64,000 nucleotides of DNA from a virus, in IMG/VR virus record IMGVR_UViG_3300036945_001058; one strand, 5' to 3'. Positions 20,919 to 30,679 of this stretch are shown piece by piece (positions within the stretch are counted from its first letter, which is position 1; each line of letters opens with the position of its first letter). Under the pieces are notes generated by a model. That model did no database searches and was not told the DNA's origin. It saw only the letters and a program-made list of their open reading frames with translations. A program made the translations under genes and the position numbers.

Positions 20919-21566
20919 ATGGAATTTAATGATATAACCTATGGTAATCCGACTGTTCAAGAAATAAATTTCATTCAGAACAAAGGTTTGACTGACGACT
21001 TATTTGAAAAATTAAAACAGACCTTAAGTTTTCCTAAAAATGATTCGGAATTAGTCAAAGATGAACTCAACGAAATTGTAGATTGTTTAGCGACAATGAC
21101 ACAACCTGAAAACCAAAGTTTTTTAAAAAGATACCAATCTTATGATAGGAATTTAATACAGGCATTGACTGGCATCTTTAAAGAAAAAAACATTGATGTT
21201 GAAGAATTGTGTATTGATATTATTCAGGATATTCAAAGTTTGATTTATAAACTAAAGTATTATTATCAAAGACCAAGACCAAAGCAAATAGCTCAATATT
21301 ATAAGTTGAAATTATTCCCTTATAAAAGCTTTTCAGCACATACACCGTCTTTTCCGAGCGGACATTGCGTAGAAGCAGTTGTAATGTTAAATGTGATTGG
21401 AAATAAAAACCCAACGGAATATCCATTCTGTAAGGAGCTTATCGAAGATATTGCATATAGCAGAGTTTATTTAGGACATCATTATTCAAGCGACAACGAA
21501 GGAGCAAAACAAATGGCAAAAGAGATTTTAAAACATCCTGAATTTGTAAAAAAATATGGTATATAA
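20919..21566 (+). CDS. PAP2/vanadium-haloperoxidase superfamily phosphatase
   Basis: All three motifs present: KYYYQRPRP, PSFPSGH, SRVYLGHHYSSD. Confidence 0.85.
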   Translation: MEFNDITYGNPTVQEINFIQNKGLTDDLFEKLKQTLSFPKNDSELVKDELNEIVDCLATMTQPENQSFLKRYQSYDRNLIQALTGIFKEKNIDVEELCIDIIQDIQSLIYKLKYYYQRPRPKQIAQYYKLKLFPYKSFSAHTPSFPSGHCVEAVVMLNVIGNKNPTEYPFCKELIEDIAYSRVYLGHHYSSDNEGAKQMAKEILKHPEFVKKYGI

Positions 21567-21625
21567 ATAACAAAATAATACCAAGAAACTATACCAAGAA
21601 ATAATAACAACCAATAACAATTAAT

Positions 21626-22012
21626 ATGAAGCACGAAGAATATGAACTACAAAAAGCGGTAGCTCGTTATTTATCTCACCAGTATCCTGAAATTGACTTC
21701 TTTTCAGATACTATTGCCTCTGTAAAACTTACCGAAAGACAGTCGGGGCGTAATAAACTTATTCAAAAGAATGGTTTTAAAATGCCTGATATTGTACTTT
21801 TTGAGCCACGCCATAACTTTTGTGGATTACTTATCGAGCTTAAAATACAAACTCCTTTCAAAAAAGATGGAACTATTAAAGCATCTCAAAAAGACCATTT
21901 GAAACTACAACACGAATCTTTAATAAAACTAAATTCAATAGGTTATAAGGCGGTTTTCTCGTGGAATTTTGATATGACTAAAGAAATTATTGACGAATAT
22001 TTAAAACAATAA
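21626..22012 (+). CDS. VRR-NUC-like PD-(D/E)XK nuclease
   Basis: ExxLQ...PDI...LIELK...Q...L...GY. Confidence 0.75.
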   Translation: MKHEEYELQKAVARYLSHQYPEIDFFSDTIASVKLTERQSGRNKLIQKNGFKMPDIVLFEPRHNFCGLLIELKIQTPFKKDGTIKASQKDHLKLQHESLIKLNSIGYKAVFSWNFDMTKEIIDEYLKQ

Positions 22013-22014
22013 AT

Positions 22015-22443
22015 ATGGAGCAAGAAAACAACAACGTATCAAAGGTTTTTAAAGAATTAGATAAAACAATTCAAGTAATCGGAACAGAAAAACTTCTTGA
22101 AATATTAAAGTATTCAAGACTTACTACCACAAACATAAACGAAGCCCAAATAAACAGATGTTTAGAAATTATAAAAACAGTCTGCGATGAATTTGGAATT
22201 AGCGTAAGTGATTTTTTTGACACTAACAGAAAAATATTAAGAAGGGTTGCAATAGGCGTTTCGGCTTTTATAATCCAAAAGGAAATGAATTTAAGCAATT
22301 CTGATATTTCATATATTTTGAAAAAATCAGATGAGGCTGTTTCTTTATATAAACAAGAGATAATCAGATTAAATTCAAACCACCCACAAGACAAGCAAAT
22401 ATTAGAGAAAATAAAAAAAATAAGCGAAACTATTAAAAATTAA
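22015..22443 (+). CDS. DnaA C-terminal-like (HTH) DNA-binding protein
   Basis: IIKTVCDEFGISVSDF...RRVAIGVSAFII...LSNSDISYIL...V pattern. Confidence 0.55.
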   Translation: MEQENNNVSKVFKELDKTIQVIGTEKLLEILKYSRLTTTNINEAQINRCLEIIKTVCDEFGISVSDFFDTNRKILRRVAIGVSAFIIQKEMNLSNSDISYILKKSDEAVSLYKQEIIRLNSNHPQDKQILEKIKKISETIKN

Positions 22444-22450
22444 ATAAAAA

Positions 22451-23545
22451 ATGAATAACCAAGAAAACTACCAAGATGTAGAGATTGTTAATGATGACTT
22501 CTCTCCATTAGATGCTCCTGTAAAAGAAAGGGCATATACTCATCACAAAATAGACGAAACTCAAGTAATGCAAGACTTGGAAGAACCTACGTTTGAAAGA
22601 CCTAGTTTTTCAGACCTTGATGATACTGCCGAAGAAGGGGAACAAGAACCAGAAAGACCTTTTAATCAGTCCTACAGTGAGTTAGATGGGAAAGAGAAAA
22701 CTATGGGTGCAGAGATGATGGCTGATATGACATTAGACATTTATGATAAAGCTTGTTTTTATATGGGTAAAATACCAGAGATAAGCGAGTCAAAACTTGA
22801 TAAATTAATAGCAGAAGGGGAAATAGACCCATCAATTCAACTCCAGACAGAATCGGGCGGTATGGCTGTTAAAGATTTTGCCGTAGAGTTTAATGACAGT
22901 ATAAAAGATGCCTTTCAGGTTAGCGATGAATTTAAAGAAAAGGTAAAACCACCATTAATCCGTGTGTTCAAAAAACGTGGAATTGGAATGACCGATGAAC
23001 AGTTGTTGGCTTACTATTTCGTTACCGATTTAGGTGCTAAAGGTGCGCAAGCTTTTATGTTGAGAAAAACCGCTAATGGTATTTTAGATTCTTTGAAAGA
23101 AAACACAATAGCAATTAGAGAAAGTCAAATAAGAACTCAAGCACCACCTCCGCCAGCTCCGCAACAAGCATATCAAGAAAGACCAACTTCACAAGAAACA
23201 TATCCGAAACAGTCAAAAAGTTCTGATGACGAGTATTCTGCAAATATAGCAGAAGTAATTAGTGAGCCTGTTAAAAAAAATAAGAATGAAAAACCAGTTA
23301 GAAGAACGGCTAAAACAAATCTGGAAGAACAGGTTGCGTATTTTGAACCCGAAGAACAAGAGGTTTTTAGCAATTTAAAAGACAAAGATGGCTTTACTGA
23401 TAGTTTTCAAGACGTAGTAGGTATGCCACAGTACGGCGACCCATTAATGATGTCAGAATTAGAAAGGTTAAGTAAAAAAGACCCAACTAAACCTGTTAGA
23501 AAAGTAAGAACAACGGCTTTAAGAAAACCAAGAAATAAAAAATAA
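22451..23545 (+). CDS. hypothetical acidic protein with Pro/Lys-rich tail (possible assembly protein)
   Basis: 364 aa ORF near the ATPase gene. Confidence 0.6.
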   Translation: MNNQENYQDVEIVNDDFSPLDAPVKERAYTHHKIDETQVMQDLEEPTFERPSFSDLDDTAEEGEQEPERPFNQSYSELDGKEKTMGAEMMADMTLDIYDKACFYMGKIPEISESKLDKLIAEGEIDPSIQLQTESGGMAVKDFAVEFNDSIKDAFQVSDEFKEKVKPPLIRVFKKRGIGMTDEQLLAYYFVTDLGAKGAQAFMLRKTANGILDSLKENTIAIRESQIRTQAPPPPAPQQAYQERPTSQETYPKQSKSSDDEYSANIAEVISEPVKKNKNEKPVRRTAKTNLEEQVAYFEPEEQEVFSNLKDKDGFTDSFQDVVGMPQYGDPLMMSELERLSKKDPTKPVRKVRTTALRKPRNKK

Positions 23546-23547
23546 TT

Positions 23548-24258
23548 ATGGAACAATTTGATAAAAACCATTTGCAAGCATTAGATGTTATGGAAAGACC
23601 TGATAATTTAATACTAAAATACATAGACGGAGATTGGTATTTGTTATTCGGGGGGTGCTTCTCTACTCAACAAAAACAATTAAAATTTTATCTTCATTTT
23701 AATTCATATCAACTTAACATATTAGCTTCTACCAAAAAAATAGATGGTTGTTATTTGTTAGATAGGGAAGTAAAGTCTATGAATATAGGAAAAAGGATTT
23801 TAAGTTTAGATGATATAGACCCTTTAAAGAATTATTTAAAGGGAACGTCAGCATTGGTGGAAGATTCTATTTTCAATAAAAAAGAAAATAATGAATTTGA
23901 TTCACAAGAACCAAGTCAAGAAGAATTTTATAGAAAAGGATTTAATGATGCTTTGGAAATTTCTAAAATAGAAAATTTAAGATTAAACAATCAAAATATT
24001 TTTGACTTTAATTACGATATTATAGAAAATACTTTTTTTGTTGAAATTAACGTTTCTAATCTCGAAGATTTCCAATTTAAAGAACTTACCGAAATTACAG
24101 GTAAAGAACAGTCTTTGGATGGTAAAGCGATTACAAAATATGTCATTGATTTATTTACAAAATCTAATTACTTAATTCAACCCATTATTTTTGTTAAAAA
24201 ACACAGCAAAAAAATTGAGTGGTTAGAAAAGTTAAGTAAAGACGAAAAAAAAGAATAA
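23548..24258 (+). CDS. hypothetical protein
   Basis: 236 aa ORF. Confidence 0.6.
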   Translation: MEQFDKNHLQALDVMERPDNLILKYIDGDWYLLFGGCFSTQQKQLKFYLHFNSYQLNILASTKKIDGCYLLDREVKSMNIGKRILSLDDIDPLKNYLKGTSALVEDSIFNKKENNEFDSQEPSQEEFYRKGFNDALEISKIENLRLNNQNIFDFNYDIIENTFFVEINVSNLEDFQFKELTEITGKEQSLDGKAITKYVIDLFTKSNYLIQPIIFVKKHSKKIEWLEKLSKDEKKE

Positions 24259-24280
24259 AACCAAAAAATAAAAAATAATT

Positions 24281-24391
24281 ATGGCTGTAAATTTAACGAA
24301 TAAGCAAAATAACAACCCTTTGTGGGTTGTTTTGTTGCTGTTTGTGATTTGGCTAATTGTATTTATTTATAGACTAAAAAACGCATTGTAA
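24281..24391 (+). CDS. small membrane protein directly upstream of the packaging ATPase (36 aa, not in track)
   Basis: MAVNLTNKQNNNPLWVVLLLFVIWLIVFIYRLKNAL. Confidence 0.65.
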   Translation: MAVNLTNKQNNNPLWVVLLLFVIWLIVFIYRLKNAL

Positions 24392-24392
24392 T

Positions 24393-25208
24393 ATGGAACA
24401 AAGAGAACCGAAATTAATTATTGTTGTGGGGCGTAAGGGTTGTGGGAAAACCTTTACAACCACGAAGCTCATTAATCAATACGCACAAGGAAATCCGTCT
24501 AAAGGTGTTCCTGCGAGAAGGGCTTTAATCCTCGATGTAAATGACGAATACGAACAATTTAAAGCACTAAAATTATCTGATATTATGAGATTTTCAGCAC
24601 ATCCTAAAATTGAAGTAAGAAGAATTAGACCGTTTCATGATAACGGGCTTAGAATGACGATTAGGGATTTACAAGAAGCTTTATCTAAAATACTTAGGGA
24701 TTTTAGAAATGGATTATTTCTTATTGAAGATAGTTCAAGAATTCTTGCTGATAGTTTATCTATGGATTTGATGGGAGCAATTGCCACAAGTAGGCATTTA
24801 GATATGGATATAATAATGCACTTTCAATCAATAGGAAGAATAACTCCTAAAATTTGGCAGAACCTCACGCACATTAGGTATCATAAACAAACGGATGGGG
24901 TAGAGAAAAACAAAAGTAAATTTGAAGATAAATACGAATTGTTAAAATTAGTAGAAAGTTATGTAGATGATGAGTATAATAATGGAAATCAAAGGTTTTA
25001 TTTATATATTGACGTAGAAGATGAAAAAATAAAAAATGTTGATTTAAAAAAATTCGACAGAATTGTAGAAGACTATGTGATTGAAAATCAGAAAAGATTA
25101 ATAGCTCCGTTGGTAAATAAGGGGAGTTTGTTAAAAAATACTAAAGCACAAACTGTAGAGCAAGCATTAAAACTACAAAAAGAAAGAATTATAAAATATT
25201 ACACATAA
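24393..25208 (+). CDS. FtsK/HerA-superfamily (poxvirus A32/PRD1 P9-like) genome packaging ATPase
   Basis: Walker A VVGRKGCGKT, ILDVNDEY, Walker B LFLIED, and an SRHxxxDIIMHFQS Arg-finger/sensor motif. Confidence 0.8.
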   Translation: MEQREPKLIIVVGRKGCGKTFTTTKLINQYAQGNPSKGVPARRALILDVNDEYEQFKALKLSDIMRFSAHPKIEVRRIRPFHDNGLRMTIRDLQEALSKILRDFRNGLFLIEDSSRILADSLSMDLMGAIATSRHLDMDIIMHFQSIGRITPKIWQNLTHIRYHKQTDGVEKNKSKFEDKYELLKLVESYVDDEYNNGNQRFYLYIDVEDEKIKNVDLKKFDRIVEDYVIENQKRLIAPLVNKGSLLKNTKAQTVEQALKLQKERIIKYYT

Positions 25209-25220
25209 AAAAAGGCTATT

Positions 25221-26390
25221 TCATAGCCTTTTTTTTATTAGATGTTCAATATTTTGCCCTTGATTTAAAAGAAAAACTGCTCTATCATAAACACCTCTTG
25301 CTGATTCAGGATTATCATAAGAGCCTAAATTATTAGTTTTTCCCTTTATTGTTAATTTAGCCTGAAACTTATCGCCAGTCCTAAAAACACCTTTATATGT
25401 TTTATTTGGAGATTTTTTAGGATAAAAATGCTCTATTGATTTTCCTTCTAAAATTAATTTTTTAGCTTCCAAATATCTATTATTTGCTAAATTTACATCT
25501 GCAAAAGTACCTAAATCTTTGTTTAACCCATCTATATAAATCCTTACTCTAAACTTATCACGGCTTTTATGAACTCCTCTAAAATTTGTTTCGCTTATTT
25601 TAATATTTTCTGTAGGCATTACTTTACCTCCTTTATTTTTAATTTCAAGAGCTTTCTTATATTCTACTCCTGCTAATTCGGCAGTTTCAAAAACACCTAA
25701 ATTAACAAATTTATTATCTATAATAATTCTAGCTTGAAATGTACTTTTATTTTTACATACTCCCGTATATAAATTGATGTTGCTTCTTGTTTTTACTAAG
25801 TGCAAAATATCTTTATTACAATCTATCAATCTAACTGCTTCATTATATTTTTCAGATGCTTCTTCAGGAGTATTATAAGCCCCTAAATTAAGTAATTTTC
25901 CTTTGTGTTGAATTACAGCGACAAATCCATTTTTAATTTTAGAAACACCTGTAAATCCTGCTGAATTTATTTTGTCTTTTGAAATATTATTACGATGAGT
26001 GATTACTTGTAAATTAGAAAGCATATTATGCTCTTTCACATTATCTTTATGGTCAATTACCAGTTCATTAGTTCTTGGGAAATGATTTATAAAAGCAATA
26101 GAAACTAAATGATGTGTTAAATAACTTTTTAATTTTGAATCTTTATAAAGACCAACTGAATAATAAGCAACCCTTTTGCTTTGCTTCATTATTTTTTCTT
26201 TTGACAAAAAAGTTCCTTTACCAGAAGAATGATTTTTATAGCGGTCAAGTCTTTTTACCCTACCTAAATCACTTACTTGATACAGCTCTTCATAATCAGG
26301 AATATCTTTCCATTCCTCAACACATTCTAAACCCTCTCCGTTTAAGTAAACGATAGGCTCTAAACTAAAATCTAAATGATAGTTTGACAT
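25221..26390 (-). mobile_element. NUMOD4-HNH homing endonuclease with four AP2-like domains
   Basis: WKDIPDYEELYQVSDLGRVK (NUMOD4), IDHKDNVKEHNMLSNLQ (HNH), four xxGV...F.A.I...LG repeats; opposite strand to its neighbours. Confidence 0.85.
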
Positions 26391-26526
26391 AATTTTAAAA
26401 AGAGAAAGCCTTAATAGATAGATGCAGGGTCTGAAGCTACACTTTCTCTAAAAAGGCTAATCTTTATTTTTTTTGTTTCTAATAATTCAGACCGAAACGA
26501 TAGTGAAAATATAAAAATTTTTTTTA

Positions 26527-26534
26527 TATATTTG
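26527..26534 (+). promoter_or_regulatory. -7 promoter element TATATTTG upstream of lysis cassette
   Basis: TAnnTTTG match, intergenic. Confidence 0.6.
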
Positions 26535-26604
26535 TCAAAATAAAATATTTTCTCTTAACCAAGAAGCTTTAATTAACTGAATATTAATCAATAAAATTAA
26601 AGTT

Positions 26605-26829
26605 ATGAGCAGAAAAGAAATTGTAGACAGAATACAGTCGAAATGGGTTAGCAGGAAACTGTTAGTTTTCATAGTAGCGTCTGTTGCTTTGTTTGAAGGA
26701 AAAGTTTTGAGTGAAGATTGGGTAATCATTTCTTCTATTTACATTTCCCTAGAAGGAGCAACCACTATTGTAGAAAGAATCTTTAAAGCAAAAAGCGGAA
26801 GTACACAAACTAATCAAAATGTAGAATAA
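26605..26829 (+). CDS. probable holin
   Basis: SRKLLVFIVAS...WVIISSIYI, 2 TMs, directly before the endolysin. Confidence 0.65.
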   Translation: MSRKEIVDRIQSKWVSRKLLVFIVASVALFEGKVLSEDWVIISSIYISLEGATTIVERIFKAKSGSTQTNQNVE

Positions 26830-26830
26830 T

Positions 26831-27358
26831 ATGGCATATAGTTATTTAAACAACGAGGATTCCCCTCAAATTTTAGTTCAAGCAAAAATGCTATTAGGAA
26901 CTAAGGAAATCGCAGGTAGCGTTCATAGTAATATTATTATGAGTTGGGCTAAAAGTTTAGGTCTTGAAAAAATATACACCGCAGATGAAATAGCGTGGTG
27001 TGGGCTTATGATGGCGATAGTCTGTGAAAGAGCAGATGTAAAAACTAATCTAACACCTAAAGAAGCTTTATGGGCTTTAAATTGGAGTAAATTTGGAACA
27101 AAACAATCCGTAGCAATGCTTGGAGATATTCTTACGTTTAAAAGGAATGGAGGAGGACACGTTGGCATTTATGTCGGGGAAGATAATACTTGTTATCATA
27201 TTCTCGGAGGAAATCAATCAAATATGGTGTGTATTACTCGAATAGAAAAATCAAGGTTAAACAGTATTAGACGTACAAACTGGAAAGTAAAACAGCCGTC
27301 TAATGTTAGGGTAATTAAGATAGAGAGTAATGGCGTAATTTCTAAAAACGAAAGTTAA
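26831..27358 (+). CDS. endolysin, NlpC/P60-CHAP type (TIGR02594-like)
   Basis: DEIAWCG, GGGHVG, LGGNQSN. Confidence 0.85.
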   Translation: MAYSYLNNEDSPQILVQAKMLLGTKEIAGSVHSNIIMSWAKSLGLEKIYTADEIAWCGLMMAIVCERADVKTNLTPKEALWALNWSKFGTKQSVAMLGDILTFKRNGGGHVGIYVGEDNTCYHILGGNQSNMVCITRIEKSRLNSIRRTNWKVKQPSNVRVIKIESNGVISKNES

Positions 27359-27359
27359 T

Positions 27360-27755
27360 ATGGAAGCTATGAAAGTTTTTTTATCAAATAAGATAAACTT
27401 ATTGATGATAATGGTTTGCTTAGTTTTTTGCTTTCAACTGGTTAGTTTCTTCAGCAATGGTAACGAGGTTGAAAAAAATAACTATATAAAAAAAGAAATT
27501 ACAAGCTTAAAAAAAGAGATAAAGTCTATTTATGAAGCAGAACACGCTTTAGATAAAAAGATAGATATTTTTAACCAGAGAATTGAAAACATACACGAAG
27601 CGGTAATTATTAATAACACAAAAATAGATAATCTAAAAAAATATGAAAAAATTCAAATTGATAAGTTTAAGTCTTATGATGCTCGTATGTGGGAGAAGTA
27701 TTTCGCAGACCGTTATGCAAAAAAAAGCTTACCCATTACAAACACAAGAAAATAA
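27360..27755 (+). CDS. probable inner spanin (Rz-like)
   Basis: N-terminal TM plus coiled coil, follows the endolysin, overlaps the next gene. Confidence 0.55.
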   Translation: MEAMKVFLSNKINLLMIMVCLVFCFQLVSFFSNGNEVEKNNYIKKEITSLKKEIKSIYEAEHALDKKIDIFNQRIENIHEAVIINNTKIDNLKKYEKIQIDKFKSYDARMWEKYFADRYAKKSLPITNTRK

Positions 27756-28086
27756 AGTAGTAATCGATACTTCGGTAGCAAGACTTATCGCTAATGACCT
27801 TGTGAGAGGAGATTTTTGTAAAGAGGAAATAAAGTTGGTTGTAAATAATCTAAACTTAACCAAGAAAGAGGTAGTGCTTAAAGATAGTATCATAGATACT
27901 TTAGAAAAGCAGAAAGATTACCTCGATTTGATTATTTCAAAAAAAGATAAAATGTTTGCCAACCAAGAAGAAATATCTAAGACCTTTAAAAAAGAACTTT
28001 CAAAACAAAAGCGCACAACCTTTCTTTATAAGTTTTTTTCTTTGCTAGGGGTCGCTTCTACAGCAATACTCATAGTGAAACCATAA
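27643..28086 (+). CDS. probable second spanin component
   Basis: Signal-like N-terminus with Cys (LMMLVC), coiled coil, C-terminal hydrophobic segment; 113-nt overlap with previous gene. Confidence 0.5.
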   Translation: MKKFKLISLSLMMLVCGRSISQTVMQKKAYPLQTQENKVVIDTSVARLIANDLVRGDFCKEEIKLVVNNLNLTKKEVVLKDSIIDTLEKQKDYLDLIISKKDKMFANQEEISKTFKKELSKQKRTTFLYKFFSLLGVASTAILIVKP

Positions 28087-28113
28087 TCTAAAAATATTAA
28101 AACAAAAACCAAA

Positions 28114-28353
28114 ATGTCAAACGTAAGCACGTATTTATCGAACGCACGTCAAAGTGCAATGGAATCTTTCTCAAATGCTGATGGATTCATCGACCAAGAT
28201 TTGAGTTTCACTAATTTGATTATTTCAAAAAAAGATGAAATATTTGTCAACCAAGAAGAAATATATAAGACTTTAAGAAAAAGAACTATCAAAAAAAAGA
28301 GAACAACATTTCTCTATAAAGTTTTTTCTTTTTTAGGAGTTGCTTCTACGTAA
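28114..28353 (+). CDS. chimeric ORF: capsid-candidate leader fused to a diverged copy of the spanin C-terminus
   Basis: 28092-28212 matches 28741-28860; 28214-28350 matches 27926-28061. Confidence 0.7.
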   Translation: MSNVSTYLSNARQSAMESFSNADGFIDQDLSFTNLIISKKDEIFVNQEEIYKTLRKRTIKKKRTTFLYKVFSFLGVAST

Positions 28354-28383
28354 CACTAATAAGAACTAAAAACATTAAATTTT

Positions 28384-28412
28384 AAACACACCAACAAGGT
28401 GTGTTTTTTTTT
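28384..28412 (+). terminator. rho-independent terminator
   Basis: AAACACACC-aacaa-GGTGTGTTT followed by a T run. Confidence 0.75.
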
Positions 28413-28506
28413 GTTATTAAATCTTAATAATTTAAAATAAATTATCGCAAGTTTATTATTTATTGATAAACAAGACGTTAATTAATTGCGATTTGAATAT
28501 ATAATA

Positions 28507-28514
28507 TAAATTTG
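28507..28514 (+). promoter_or_regulatory. -7 promoter element TAAATTTG upstream of the capsid operon
   Basis: TAnnTTTG match with TTGC about 20 nt upstream. Confidence 0.55.
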
Positions 28515-28580
28515 ACATTAATATTATTTCTGTAAATAATAATCTTTAAAAATAAGTATAAATAAAAAAATCATTCTGAA

Positions 28581-28706
28581 ATGAAAAACGAAATTGTTCC
28601 TTTATTGAAAAGTGTTGCCGTTGTTGTTGTAGGTGTTTTAATTGCTAATTATGTTCAAACAACATTATTGGTAAAAAAAATTGAAGCTCCTAAAACTGCC
28701 GTGTAA
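28581..28706 (+). CDS. small membrane protein (41 aa, not in track)
   Basis: MKNEIVPLLKSVAVVVVGVLIANYVQ... Confidence 0.6.
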   Translation: MKNEIVPLLKSVAVVVVGVLIANYVQTTLLVKKIEAPKTAV

Positions 28707-28761
28707 TTAGGTGTAAAATCCGAGTAAAAAAATTAGTAAAAAATATTAAAACAAAAACAAA

Positions 28762-29457
28762 ATGTCAAACGTAAGAAGATATTTATCGAACGCACGTCAA
28801 AGTGCAATGGAATCTTTCTCAAATGCTGACGGATTCATCGACCAAGATTTGAGTTTCACTGGTGATGATTTCTTTAGAGCAGATGGGGGTATGGGTCAAC
28901 AAGATATTCAAACATCTCAACCCTACATAATCAACGTGACTTCTACATCAGGGTCAGCAGTTGCAAACTTTAGTGTACTTGGTTCTTTCCAATACATTAA
29001 CAATACAGGATTTGTTAATGGTTCATTAACCATTGGTTCTATTACAATTAGTTCAGGTATTCCTGACATCACTTATCAAGAGATGTTATATCAATTTATG
29101 AATAATCCTTATTCAGTTGGTTTAACTTACATTCAATCGGCTACTACAAATCAAGTTTTACAAACTTTGTCTGTAAACACGAGAGATGCGAATGGTAATT
29201 TAGCACAAAAAACTTTAGTACCTACTATTGACCCTTACCAACAACAAACCAATATTGTTGCGATGAAGTATGCTTACCGTATTGATGGTTTTACAAAAAT
29301 CATTATTGCTCAAGTATTAGCTAACGCTACTGTATCGTTATACTTCTACCCTGCTGATAACATCAACCTTTCGAGAGCATTGGGCGGTCAACCAGTAAGC
29401 AGACAATTCGGAACACCTCCTGTAACTAATGGACAAACCATCAAGTTAAGAGCGTAA
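28762..29457 (+). CDS. candidate major capsid protein (single jelly-roll-sized beta protein with acidic leader)
   Basis: Alternating beta-strand patterns; promoter upstream and strong terminator downstream; clear paralog at 48687; leader carries FSNADG and FFRADGG. Confidence 0.55.
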   Translation: MSNVRRYLSNARQSAMESFSNADGFIDQDLSFTGDDFFRADGGMGQQDIQTSQPYIINVTSTSGSAVANFSVLGSFQYINNTGFVNGSLTIGSITISSGIPDITYQEMLYQFMNNPYSVGLTYIQSATTNQVLQTLSVNTRDANGNLAQKTLVPTIDPYQQQTNIVAMKYAYRIDGFTKIIIAQVLANATVSLYFYPADNINLSRALGGQPVSRQFGTPPVTNGQTIKLRA

Positions 29458-29495
29458 TTATCGATAATGGTATAACGAATTAATGTATAATTTAG

Positions 29496-29535
29496 AAAAA
29501 GAGCAAGTTTGATTTATTTCTACTTGCTCTTTTTT
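29496..29535 (+). terminator. rho-independent terminator after the capsid candidate
   Basis: AAAAAGAGCAAGT...ACTTGCTCTTTTTT. Confidence 0.8.
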
Positions 29536-29552
29536 ATTTAAAATCAAAAATT

Positions 29553-29984
29553 ATGAACGTATATGAATATGTTGCGGATTCTAATCCAAGAGTAGCAGAA
29601 AAGATAATGAATTCATTTAATTATGACGCTATTAACAGTTCTGATATGGGATTAAGTCAATTAGTAAACAAGGTTGGAGAACCCGCTTTGCAAAAAATAA
29701 TGGAAAATCATCCAGATAAAGACATTATTTTAGAGTTATTCTCAAAAAAAGAAGATGAGAAAACTGATGGTTGCGGTTGTGATAGTTGTAAAAATAGAAA
29801 TAGAAGCAATGACGAACACCTTAATTATCTTAATGTAACTGGTAGTAATAAAGACGCTCCTGTTCCACCTTTAGCTAAGTCAAATGATTCTTCTACAAAC
29901 ACACATTTATTGGCAAACCAAACAAATGTTATTTTAGTGGTATCTGCATTGTTTATAGCGACTGCATTAATCTTAAAAAAATAA
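29553..29984 (+). CDS. membrane protein with CGCDSC motif and C-terminal TM
   Basis: CGCDSCK, YLNVTG, TM VILVVSALFIATALIL. Confidence 0.7.
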   Translation: MNVYEYVADSNPRVAEKIMNSFNYDAINSSDMGLSQLVNKVGEPALQKIMENHPDKDIILELFSKKEDEKTDGCGCDSCKNRNRSNDEHLNYLNVTGSNKDAPVPPLAKSNDSSTNTHLLANQTNVILVVSALFIATALILKK

Positions 29985-29989
29985 ATAAA

Positions 29990-30664
29990 ATGACAAAATT
30001 AAACGCAAATGCTCAAACTGGAGCATTAACATTGGTGTTACTTGTAAAATCATATAAACCCCAAATGATTGCTTTATTAGTTAAAAACGGAATAGTTGTT
30101 AATAATGATGCGTCAGACGAGCAAGTTGTTAAATTAATGGTTAACTTGTTGAAAGTTTCAAAGTCTTATTTTCAAGACCTGAATAACTTCGTAACAAACC
30201 CTGCCGTTGCAAATGTTATTGCTGGTGGTTTTGAACAAACAACTCAATATTTGAAAATGACTGGCGATGGTTATATGAATGTTGGTGGTTTTTTAGATTA
30301 CCAAATTCCTGATTCTCCTTTTGCAAATAGTTCAACAACAAATACTAGCTCTAAAACAGACACAGCTTCTTCTTCTTCTTTTTGGGGCGAGATGAAATCA
30401 AATATACCGAATTGGATAAGTGATGGAATTAAGCTGTTTGGAACAATAAGCACAAATAAAGCAAATGCTGAAATTGCAAATGCACAAGTTATAGTTGCAC
30501 AAAATGGTTCTGGAACAGGCGGAAACACAGACGGAAACACAGGCGGAAATGGAGGTAAAACACCTGATGAAGGAATGAGTACAACTTCAATTGTTTTATT
30601 GAGTTTACTTGGAGTTGCGGTATTAGGTACTGCAATATATTTTGTGGTAAAACAAAAAAAATAA
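29990..30664 (+). CDS. C-terminally anchored virion membrane protein
   Basis: YLKMTG and YMNVGG motifs, Gly/Asn linker, TM IVLLSLLGVAVLGTAIYFVV. Confidence 0.7.
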   Translation: MTKLNANAQTGALTLVLLVKSYKPQMIALLVKNGIVVNNDASDEQVVKLMVNLLKVSKSYFQDLNNFVTNPAVANVIAGGFEQTTQYLKMTGDGYMNVGGFLDYQIPDSPFANSSTTNTSSKTDTASSSSFWGEMKSNIPNWISDGIKLFGTISTNKANAEIANAQVIVAQNGSGTGGNTDGNTGGNGGKTPDEGMSTTSIVLLSLLGVAVLGTAIYFVVKQKK

Positions 30665-30679
30665 AAAAAAAATAGAGTT

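Noticed and set aside
27926-28350. Diversity-generating retroelement template/variable repeat pair
   Set aside because: Differences are not adenine-specific, include indels, and no reverse transcriptase is present in the window.
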